Below, piece by piece: positions 11,933-23,900 of a DNA stretch of 64,000 nucleotides (positions are counted from its first letter, which is position 1; each line of letters opens with the position of its first letter). A model generated the notes under the pieces. That model was not told where the DNA came from. It did no database searches and saw only the letters and a list, made by a program, of their open reading frames with translations. Made by a program: the position numbers and the translations under genes. The stretch comes from Styela clava (taxonomy: Eukaryota), in contig NC_135257.1 in NCBI RefSeq assembly GCF_964204865.1, forward strand, positions 5,022,001 to 5,086,000, read 5' to 3'.

Positions 11933-14900
11933 GTTGGTTTTTCGTCAGTAACCTTATTTTCATGTATCAACGAAAAATTGTTGGCCGGATTAATCTCGTC
12001 GTGACAATGACTGCGTTTGAGCTAATTTATTCAGAGAGCTGTCTTAAACGATCGGTTGGTGTAAAACGTCGTATATAGCACGGGCCTAAACAATGTTTCT
12101 ACTGCTAGAATATGACTTTGGATTATATTGGATTTGGTAATTTTATATACAAAGCCACCGCGCAACATTCTCTATATCAGGGATGGCAAACTTTTTTAAT
12201 GAATGGGTCAAAAATTATGTTTTTATCACGGAACAGGAGAGAGTGGGTCACAGATATATAATCAGTGTTTGTATCTATAAGAAACTTCTGGTGTAAATCT
12301 TATAGGCTTATGTTGGTGTTGGGCTAGTTTTGGGCATTACTTATGCAGCACTTCTATCAGGGACTTTTTATTGCACTCGATTTTATGAAATTAGAGTACG
12401 AAAACAAGCATATGGATTACCAAAAACGTTCAGGTTGAGGGTGCAAATTATTTCATGGTTCCGAAGAGTTTGGGGATTCGATCAGCCTTTAACCATATTA
12501 CGGCACTTTACACTGCCCCACAGTTATTTCACATTTGTAGGTTTTATTTCAAGTCTGAAAAATTTTGTTTTCTCATTGGCATTGTAGTCGAGAAACTAAT
12601 AAAATGCAAAGTATCGTCTAGTTCTAGTATATATAACTCCTAAAACAGTCTGCAGTTGCACTTCCGAAAGAGACAGGTGTTGCGAGAAATGAACAGATCA
12701 ATTGCATTGTTATGTCATAAACGATGTCAGAGCCAATAGCTGAATAAAAATACACAGCGGTGCAGATATGCGTCCAAGATTAGGGGTTTTGATCGCAGCC
12801 CTGACTGCTCAACTGGCAGTACATTATAATAGTTTAGTCAATGTTAGATTACTTTAAGGCCGGTTTTATCAATTTTTTCACTGATGTGTAAAAAATGTTT
12901 TTTAATTTCTTTCGTGGCAGGGCGGGTCACGAATAAAACACGGTGAGTCATTTTGTGACCCGCAGATCAGTGGTTCGCCATCCCTGACCTATATATCTTT
13001 CGTTTGTATTCAGAATTTTCCGTTCCGAGCGTTTGCAATCCCGAGGATTGCACTTATCGTGCTGCTTGGAAAATTCTCTCAGAAGAAGCTGTAGAATTCT
13101 CCGTCAGTGCAAAAGTATCTATTGGCCGATGGGCTGGTATCGGATTTTCAAGAGAAGGGTTAATGGTAAATTATTTTGGTTAAATTTTCCAATATTTTTT
13201 TCGAATCGAATCTCGAATGCTGTATTATATGTAACTGTATGTGACTTTTTATTGTAATGAGTCCCCCAGACACATAAAATACTAGAAACATAGTATTCAT
13301 CACTCAAAAAGTTCGCAGCGTTTTCAAACACAATAAGTAACATGTTTCATCAATAACCTCCTATGGAAAGAAAAGAGTCATATGTCAGAATTAAATTTTC
13401 CAATATTTTTTTCGAATCGAATCTCGAATGCTGTATTATATGTTACTGTATGTGACTTTTTATTGTAATGAGTCCCCCAGACACATAAAATACTAGAAAC
13501 ATAGTATTCATCACTCAAAAAGTTCGCAGCGTTTTCAAACACAATAAGTAACATGTTTCATCAATAACATCCTATGGAAAGAAAAGAGTCATATGTCAGA
13601 ATTGCATTTTAAAAATATGGCCTCAAAGAAAAATATTGACGGATTCACATTAGCCTTTGGCGAACCAAAAAAGCGTCGATTCCAGATCTCCGTCAGAACC
13701 AATTTGAGTAATTTTACTATTCGATTCGAAATGCTTAGCCCTATCTATTACCGTTGCTAATACACAGTATATCAAGGCTGCCCAACCCACGGGCCGCATG
13801 CGGCCCGCCTATAAGTTTGTAAGCAGACTTTTTCATGTTTTCACCATGTTATATTTCAATATATATGCTTAATTAAGTATGTTTCGTGATTTTGGTGTGA
13901 TTATTCCTGCCATCTATCTACATTCAAATGCCGGCCATGCCAAATGCGTATCCGTCAATAATTCTGATGAAATTGACTTAGTTGCATTGCTGCATATTGG
14001 TCACAAATCAGTATATATAGGCTATTAGTCCAGAAATCTTTGTAAAGTTACTTCAATAAATACTTGTATTGGTGTTTCAAATTTTACGAAACGGCCCACA
14101 TAACTTGATATTCCCGCGACATTGGCGCACATTATGCTCATTTAAACACCGAGGCAGTATCATAGATACTGAAAATGAATGAATAGAAAGTTAGAAACAC
14201 TATAACGCAAATATACCCCTCAATGTCGACGTGATGCAATTATTAAATTGATTGATTTTATCTTAATAAACTTGCCTTTTATGTATTATGTAAATTACCT
14301 ACGCCGAAATCAGGACTTAGCTGGTATTAATGTTTGGTACAAACGTTTGCGGCCCGCAACGAATTTCGTCACATGAAAGTGGCCCGCGAGACGAAAAAAG
14401 TCGGGCAAGCCGGCAGTATATCTTAACTATTACCATATTGCTATTCTCTATTCTATCTGTTAAATTTTACGGTTATCACCATGCAATGAGATGATATGAA
14501 ATGCTCAACATAAAATTTGATAAATCGCATGAATTCATGAACACAGCATGAATTCATATCATATGCTTACACTGACCATTTACCCACAGTGTTTAAGATC
14601 TACCCTAACTCAGTGTATTGGAACAAAAAGGTTGGACACGATAAATTCGAGAACATGTTGTAATATGTATTCAAATTCAGTGTCTCAATAATTCTAAAAT
14701 ATTTAAATGCTGACATTGTGCAATTTGTATAACTAGCACAAAAATATGTATTTTAGGTGGGATCGGATGCAGTAGTGGGATGGGCTACGCAGTCGGGAGC
14801 TCCGATGCTAACAGATCGTTTTTTGATGGGCAAAAGCCCGGATCAAGTTCCAGTCGATAGTATTAATAATGTCGAAATGACAAGCTTCTCTGCACAAGAT

Positions 14901-17900
14901 GGAATGTTAAAATATTCCTTTATCAGACCGATTGTTTCAACTGTAAGTGGTTACTTCATGACACCTGCATATCATATTAAATTCATTATCATTGTATTGT
15001 GCCTAAATTTCAAGAATTCGTCATTGCATATTATAAAGATTCAGCAGAATATTAACTGCAGATCGTTCACAGAAGGTTGATAATACCCTACTCAATCAAA
15101 ATCATTTCTTAAGAAGGAAAATAAGCGCTAATTTAGTTTTTTTTTTCATTTCGTTTTATGTCTATTTCTGTTATTTTTTTTACAGGATACAGCTGATATT
15201 AACTTAGATAAATGTATTTTTCTGATATTTGCCTGGGATGGTGTTGGAGGTCCAGGAGTAGAAATAAGAAAACATGAATTTAAAACAAGAACAAGCGAGA
15301 AAATTTGTTTCGGTAATTTGGGCTTTCTATTTATCTATGGTTTATTTTCTCTATAGCTTTAGATTCGATCTCATATATGTGGAAGAATAATACTGTGTAT
15401 CATAAAATCAGTTTTAAGTATTATATAACTCAAAATTAAGGTACTATCAGCTGATCTTATATATATTATTTGATTTACGCATTCACTGAGTCATTTCCGA
15501 TTACTATATTGTTTTGACAATTTTGGTTGAAACAGTACTATGGATACAAACAAAAGGGATAATTTCGCGATTCAACTTGACATTGGAACTAATCCGATTT
15601 CCCTTTCTTGTCAAAACCTAAAAATAAAAACTCAAATAAAAATTTGCAAATGTGACCTGCACAAGTATTGAGAGTTGAGACTGCCGTTTTTTGAGTCCAA
15701 CAACTTTTCTTTCACATAAGCGATGAGTATTAGAGAATTATTTGGTAATTTGCACAAGTTTCCTTTATACTATAGCAATACTGCTTAATCGCTCGATTAA
15801 AAAGACGAGACGGTGAGGCATATATTTATTGATGTATATCGGCGTTAGATTGTTGTCTGACCTATCACGAGGCGTCTAAACATATTCGGGAATTCAATAT
15901 CCCATGAAAAACAAGTTCGGCAATAGCCATGCAACTACTCGACTATGTTATTGCCTCGAGCATTTGCGTCATTCGTTGCAAAGCGCCAACACAAAAATGT
16001 GATTCGTCATTATGATTTGTGAATAAATTGCACCAATGAAAACTTATGTGGTGGTTTATTTAAAATTTCCTCGTTATCGCGATTGTAGGGCATGCGGTAA
16101 TGTAAAAAGTAGAATATGGCAAATAAAATAGAGACTTATGGAACAACAATTCCTTTGTTACGATTCCCAGATATGCTGTTAGCCCAATCCCCCGAGGTCA
16201 TTCAAACTCCAAGGAGCTGAAACCAGATCAACTAGATCAAACACATATTTACGAAACGAAGATATAATCTTTGCTAGTAAAAATTTACCGCCCAATACAC
16301 TGTCACGATAAATTACGGTATATATATATAGAGAGAGTTTACCGTTACGAAACATTATTATCAATATTTAAAATTTGTATGCTGTTTATTTCAAATTATT
16401 CCCTAATAATATGTGTACAATAAAAACTAACAACCATAATACACTTTGATACCATATTTTCTTTCGTTACAATTACAATACAATTCTTTCGGAAACAGAT
16501 ATGCCAAAGCCAATGCCGAATCCAGCACCACAGCCAATGCCAAGGCCAGTGCCACGGCAAATGCCGAAGCCAATTTCGAAACCAATGCCGAAGCCAGCAC
16601 CAAAGCCAATGCCGAGGCCAGTGCCACGGCAAATGCCAAAGCCAATTTCGAAACCAATGCCGAAGCCAGCACCACAGCCAATGCCGAGGCCAGTGCCACG
16701 GCAAATGCCGAGGCCAGTGCCACGGCAAATGCCGAAGCCAATTTCGAAACCAATGCCGAAGCCAGCACCACAGCCAATGCCGAGACCAGTACCACGGCCA
16801 ATGCCGAAGCCAATTTCTCAACCAATGCCGAAGCCAATGCCAGATGACAAAAACAGGGGACTGAGTAAATATTGTTATTCATTCGATCTCCATGAAGATA
16901 GATAAGCCAGTATACTTCTCTTAATCTAATGTCGTACCTAAGTAATTTGACAGTGTCTAGCCTAGCGTAACTATGATACCGGGTACTTGGGGTGTCGAAA
17001 TGTATTCAAAAGATTATGGATTGAAAACTACGTATATTTTCAACCTTATACATTTTTAATAACTTCGAAAACTTCCTATTTTTTTTACCAGATTAATCTT
17101 TAAAGTTGACTTGAAATAGGCTCAGCTCCTGTCCCGAGCAGACGCAGTTTAATTTAGAAGAGCTTAAAAAGTGTTTTTAACATTTCATAATGATGAGAAG
17201 ACTACCAAATGTATAAAACTTCTATATAAATTCGCATTTGATTGTGAAGCTGCTCTTCGCTTGCTGAAATTTGTTCATAGCTCAACACATGGAGCTATAT
17301 GTATACATTACCGATTTGTTACACACTCTAAGTATTTGTCTATGATCTCACTTAAAACGTAAACAGATAAATAGAAATTGGGATAGTGCGACAATACGAA
17401 TCTCGTCTTATTTTCATTATACTGGATGTAGTTGTGATATAGCCGTTATATTTTTTGTGACAAGCGCTATCATACCCCAGAAATACAATAAAAAATTCCC
17501 TAAAAAATTATTTTAGTTCGGGGATGAAAAAAACCTATGGTGTCAATATTTATCTGTCATATTTCTTTATGATGCTGTGTTTTTACAGTTGTGACATCAT
17601 GCTCATTGAAGAAGTGTCAACAAAACAGTTTATGTACCATGGAGCATGGACTTGCACGATGTTATTGCAAACCTGACTTCCCGATGGATAAATATGGAAA
17701 CTGCAGGAAAGGTATTGCATTTTCATATGGTAATTCAGCATGCTTGCTCCTACGTATTTAGCAAGGTTTTCGCTGTCCGATCTACTATCACAGACATGCG
17801 TAACATTTATATATGGCAAATTGTATTATACAATTTTAAAAGGGTTTAATGTTAGCAAAAGTGCCTTCGGAAGGTAGTGTAAGATTTCGAATAATTGAAA

Positions 17901-20900
17901 TAAAATTTGCATCTGTAAATTATGATCGCTTCGGACATATATACATATATGCTTTGTTGTAAAAATTTACTTTTACAAGAATTTACTTTAGTATAAGTAG
18001 ATACGTTTTTGGGTGAGAATATTCGTATAGTTTTGTGTAACAATCGAGATTTTTGAAATTCTCCAAAATCAGGTAACGACATGTCAATGATGGATAAGTG
18101 CAAACACGTGCGGTGTGGTGAATACGAAGAGTGCCATCAAGACACCGGTAGTTGTAAATGTATGAAAGATTACTATATGATAGACGGAAGATGTCAAAGA
18201 GGTAAACAATTTCAAAAACTTGTGATACTTCTTTTTAATAGAGCATAACAACGAACAACAACGACGGCTGTTTATTAAAATTTGCCAATGGGATATTAAA
18301 AAACATACCGATAGAATAGTATAGACTTATAGAGGAAGGTAGTGTAAATTTTGAATAATTAAAATAAAAATTTGCAGCAGCAAATAATGATCGCGTAGAA
18401 CATGTTTATGTTGTGAAAATTCATGAATTTACTTTAGTATAATTGAATACGTTCTTGAGAGCGAATATTCGTGTAGTTTTGTGTAACAATCGAGATTTTT
18501 AAAATTCTCCAAAATCAGGAAACGACATGACAATGATGGATAAATGCAAACACGTGCAGTGCGGTGAATACGCAGAATGCCATGAAGACACCGGTAGTTG
18601 TAAATGTATGAAGGATTACTATATGATGGACGGAAGATGTCAAAGAGGTATGTAAGAATCTTCGACAAATTTGCTTACACTAAATAGAGTACAAATAATT
18701 TTAAAAACTCTTTAATAGAGCATAACAAAGGACAAACACGACGGCTGGTTATTGAAATTAAACAAAAATACCGATAGAATAGTACAGGGTGACCCAAAAA
18801 ACAGAACCTATAAATTTATCAATAACTTCTACAAAAATGAAAGATTTTGTTCTGTTTGTGCATGTTTGTACCCGAAAGTTTCGGGAATCTAGGATGCTTT
18901 GCACAAAAGTTATATTCGATCCATAATATGTTCTAAATTCACTCCAAGACATAGGAGACAGACTTGCACGCGCTGCGCAAAATCGTGAAATCACTCTCAC
19001 ACACTCCTCTATAGGAATTTTTCCGATTTTTGCTGCAATTGCAGTTTTGAGTTGACCAATTGTTTGAGAAATGTTCTGATACACATAGTCTTTCAAATAC
19101 TCCCACGGAAATCTGATGTGTTCAAGTTCAATGAATAAGGTGCCCACTCGACGTCACACTTCCTGCTGATCATCCTTTTCTGAAATCGCTCTCGTTTCCA
19201 GTCAAAGGCATGATTTGATATTTGGGCGGTCGCCTTGTCTTGCTGGAACCACGAATCAACTCAATCAATCCCTATAGTCGCCCGAAGAATGTCCAACAGT
19301 TTCACAGCACCTCCACCTAATGTTCTATATTCATCGCTTCATTTTCGTCTTCGAACCAATATTAACAAGCTATGCAATGTTTGGAAACAGATTCGCATGT
19401 TGCGCACTGTACTGAGTATAACGTTCTCTGTAACACTTTTTTCGGAGGTGTTGTACCCAGGTAATCAATATTTTTGCCGTTGACATACCCAGGCAGCAGA
19501 CAGTGCTCTTCAGCAAAAAAAAAAATGAGTTGGAGATTGACAATTTTGCGCAGAGGATACAAGTCTGTCTTCTATGCCTAAGAGATGATTTGGAACATTT
19601 TCTATATAGAACATAATTTTTGTGCAAAACGTCCTAGATTCTGCTTAATCATGCACAAACAAAGGTTCAAATTTAAAAAAAAAATACTTTACTCCCTTTT
19701 CACGGAAGTAATCAGGGAAATGAATATGTAAACTGCAGGAAAGGTACTGCATTTTCATATTATGATTCATGATGCATATTACTGTGTATACAACAAGGTT
19801 TTCGCTGCCCAAATTACTATCACAAACATGAGTAACCTCTATATATGTCAAATTGTGTTATACAGTTTGAGAAGGGATTAATGTAAGCAAAAGTACCGTC
19901 GGAAGGTAGTGTAAATTTCGAATAATTAAAATAAAAATTTGCAGCAGCAAATAATGATCGCGTAGAACATGTTATGTTGTGAAAATTCATGAATTTACTT
20001 TAGTATAATTGAATACGTTCTTAAGGGCGAATAATCGTATAGTTTTTGTAACAATCGAGACTTTTGATATTCTCAAAAATCAGGTAACGACATGACAATG
20101 ATGGATAAGTGCAAACACGTGCGGTGCGGTGAATACGCAGAATGCCATGTAGACACCGGTAGTTGTAAATGTATGAAAGATTATTATATGATAGACGGAA
20201 GGTGTCAAAGAGGTATGTAAGAATTTTTGACAAATTTGCTAATAATAAATAGAGTACGGGCAATTTTGAAAACGTGATATTGTATTTATATATTTTGATA
20301 GAGCATAACAATCTAAATTGGTGTGCACTTAGCGCAAATTAAAGTTTGGTGCAGTTACTATTATATGTATAGTATACCCACATGCGCTCTAACAGTTATT
20401 GCTTAACACTATTATTTCCAGCTCACAAAATAACGATACCAGATGATGATAAGAGTAGATTCGGTATGTGTATTATTCTATTACGTAGTGAACTATATAT
20501 TGCAATAACACTGTACGAACAGTAAGCTGTTTGTGGCAAGCGAGTGGAAAGTCTATATCTTGGTTAAGTCTATATCTAAGTCTATCTATATATTCTTTAT
20601 ATTATGATGTCAAAGTATGTATTTTATATAATACAGCTCATAATATGAAGATGGATAAATGCAATAACGTTAGATGTGGTGATTACGCAGAGTGCCATAA
20701 AGACACCGGTAGTTGTATATGCAGGAGAGGTTATCTTATGATGGACGGAATATGTCGAATAATAGGTATGCAAGATTGATTATTCGTCTACAATTGCCAT
20801 TAATAAATAGAGAACGAGCAATTTTAAAATCTTATAATACTTTATTAATATATTTTATTATAGCAGAACAAGTAACAACAGCGACGACTGTTTTTTGAAA

Positions 20901-23900
20901 TAGTCAAATATAGAGTAATAAAAAATACATACCGATACAATACAGGGTGGTCCAAGGTTAATAGCCTCGCGGGCCACACTATTACCGGATTTGACCACAT
21001 TTGAGGTACAGGAGGGTAATTACTAAATTTTCTGACATATAGGCAGCATTTTTTGTAATACTGTTTGGGCTGATTGCGAAAAAACACCCAGCAGGAATCA
21101 TATTGTTCGGCCATAACATTAATATTTAGTTATCAGGCATAGCCAACCTAGGCTAATAGATTCCCCATCCCATTTTCAGTTATTTATGAAGCCTATTTTG
21201 CTAGCATATATCCCGACCCAAAAGATAGGAAAGGAAGCAAGGTAACAATTTCGACTATCCAAGCATATTATTCAACTTCGCTGCTTGCCTCAGCTAGCCA
21301 TAAGACTAGTCAATTCAGTGTCACCAGTGATATAACAATATGCCAAAAGATTTTTCTGTTTATTTTTATGACGAAACAACACCAAATTTTGTTTTGTTCG
21401 ATTTTTTGTTTACCCTCCCGCAATGGCGACGCGGGCCATAGATAATGAAGCCGCGGGTCACATGTGGCCCGCGGACCTTGGTTTGGACCACCCTGCAATA
21501 GTATGTCTGAAATTTAAATTGTTGTGCACTTCACACAAATTAAAGTTTGGTGCTGACTGCTGTTACATTTTCATGTAACTACATGCACTGTAACAGTCAC
21601 TGCGTAACATTATCATTTCATTATTACTCAACACTTTATGATAGGTCCAGGACGCAAACCAACGATGCCAGATGGTGACAGGAGTAGATTCGGTATGTGT
21701 ATCAATTATACTATTATGCAATAAACTAAAAATTGTAATAACATGGAACGAACAGTAGTAAGCTGTTTGTGGAAGGTTTACATCTTGGATTCTTTGTGTA
21801 TAGGCATTGTTGGCCCTATCTGCGCGTTCGCACTCACATGTTAATGGATTGACACACCTTTAATAGAGTGTAACTCCGCTCTGAACTCCTCAGAAGTCAG
21901 TAGGCACACAATGTGTTGTAATGCTAAATGTTAATATATTGTAAAGTTGCACAATCGAATTGAATTCATGATACATAAATATTGAAATATAAACTTAAAC
22001 CATAAAACAGTTATATTGTCAAATCCAAGCAGTGAGAATCACAAAAACTTGAAAAAAAGCTGTATTTCAACCCTCGGACGAAAACCCGAAACACACGTCA
22101 TCAAAATTGGTCGATACGAAGAACGCTATGCACAAGAAATCTAAGGCTTGATGATGTCGCGATAAATCATAATCAGGGAAATAGCTAGAATGACCTATTT
22201 CATTGAGTTCATCATACTATTAATAGAAAGTGGTTAAATAAAATTAAAGTCTATTGTTACAATCCACATTCGCCACAATACTATATAATGACAAAAGTAT
22301 GTATTTCATAAAATTAGTGCAACTCAGGCCATGGTATGAAGTTGGATAAGTGCAAAAACATCAATCAATAAGAGTGCGAGCAATTTTAAAAACTTATGAT
22401 ACTTTATTCATATATTTTATTAGAGCAGAGCAAGTAACACCAACGACGCCTGTTTTCTGAAATATTCCGAAGGAATATTAAAAAATGCATTCCGATACAA
22501 TAGCATGTTTGAAAAATGGCAGTGTACTTAACGTAAATTAAAGTTAGAATTAAGTAAACAATAATTTCAATTCAGGTGAGCACAGGAGTATGGCGAACAA
22601 GTGCAAAAACGTTAGATGCGGTGATCACGCAGAGTGCCATGGAGATACCGGTAGTTGTATATGCATGAGAGGTTATCATATGACGGACGGAATATGTCGA
22701 AAAGGTATGCAAGATTATTCGACTAAATTTTTTTTTAATAAATAGAGTATGAGCAATTTTAAAAACTTATGATACTTTATTCATATATTTTATTAGAGCA
22801 GAACAAGTAACAACAACGACGGCTGTTTTTTGAAATAGCCAAATATATAGCATTAAAAGATAAATACCGATACTGAAATCTAAATTGTTGTGCACTTAAC
22901 ACAAATTGAAGTTTGATGCTGTTACATTTTCATGTAACCACATGCACTGTAACAGTCACTGCGTAACATTATCATTTCATTATTATTCAACACTCTATGG
23001 TAGGTCCAGCACGCAAACCAACGATGCCAGATGATGATAAGAGTAGGTTCGGTATGTATAATATATTGTTACGTTACAAACTATATATTTTAATAACATT
23101 AAACGCACAGTAAATTTTTTGTGTAAAGCATGCGTGGAAAGTTTATATATTGGATTCTTTATACTATGATGACAAAAGTATGTATTTTGTAAAATTATTG
23201 TAATTCAGGCAATGGTATGAGGAAGGATAAGTGCAAAAACGTTAGATGTGGTGATTACGAAGAGTGTCATAAAGACACCGGTAGTTGTATATGCATGAGA
23301 GGTTATCATATGACGGACGGAATATGTCGAAAAGGTATATACGCAAGATTATTTGACAAAAATTGCTTTCAAAAAATAGAGTACGAACAATTTTAAAAAC
23401 TTATGATACTTTATTCATATATTTTCTTAGAGCAGAGCAAGTAACACCAATGACGACTGTTTTCTGAAATATTCCGAAGGAATAATAAAAAATACATTCC
23501 GATACAATAGCATGTTTGAAAAATGGCTGTGTACTTAACGAAAATTAGAGTTAGAATTAAGTAAATAATAATTTCAATTCAGGTGAACACAGGAGTATGA
23601 TGAACAAGTGCAAAAACGTTAGATGTGGTGATTACGCAGAGTGTCATGAAGACACCGGTAGTTGTATATGTATGAGAGGTTATCATATGACGGACGGAAT
23701 ATGTCGAAAAGGTATGCAAGATTATTCAAATAAAATTGCTTTTAACAAATAGAGTACGAGCAATTTTAAAAACTTATGATACTTCATTCATATATTTTTA
23801 TTAGAACAGAACAAGTAACACCAACACCTTAAATTTTCCGAAGGAATATTAAAAAATACATTTTGATACAATAGTATGTTTGGAAAATGACTGTGTACTT

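Noticed and set aside
16396-16882. Overlapping long ORFs in other frames and on the minus strand (ANAEASTT.., LASALAVV.., WHWPRH..) suggesting a dual-coding locus
   Set aside because: A stop-free tandem repeat is open in several frames by construction; only the Pro-rich frame fits the flanking splice phases.
20422-23051. SRF-G at linker exon ends as RFamide neuropeptide precursors
   Set aside because: The Gly is not followed by Lys/Arg cleavage sites, and one copy reads SRF-A.
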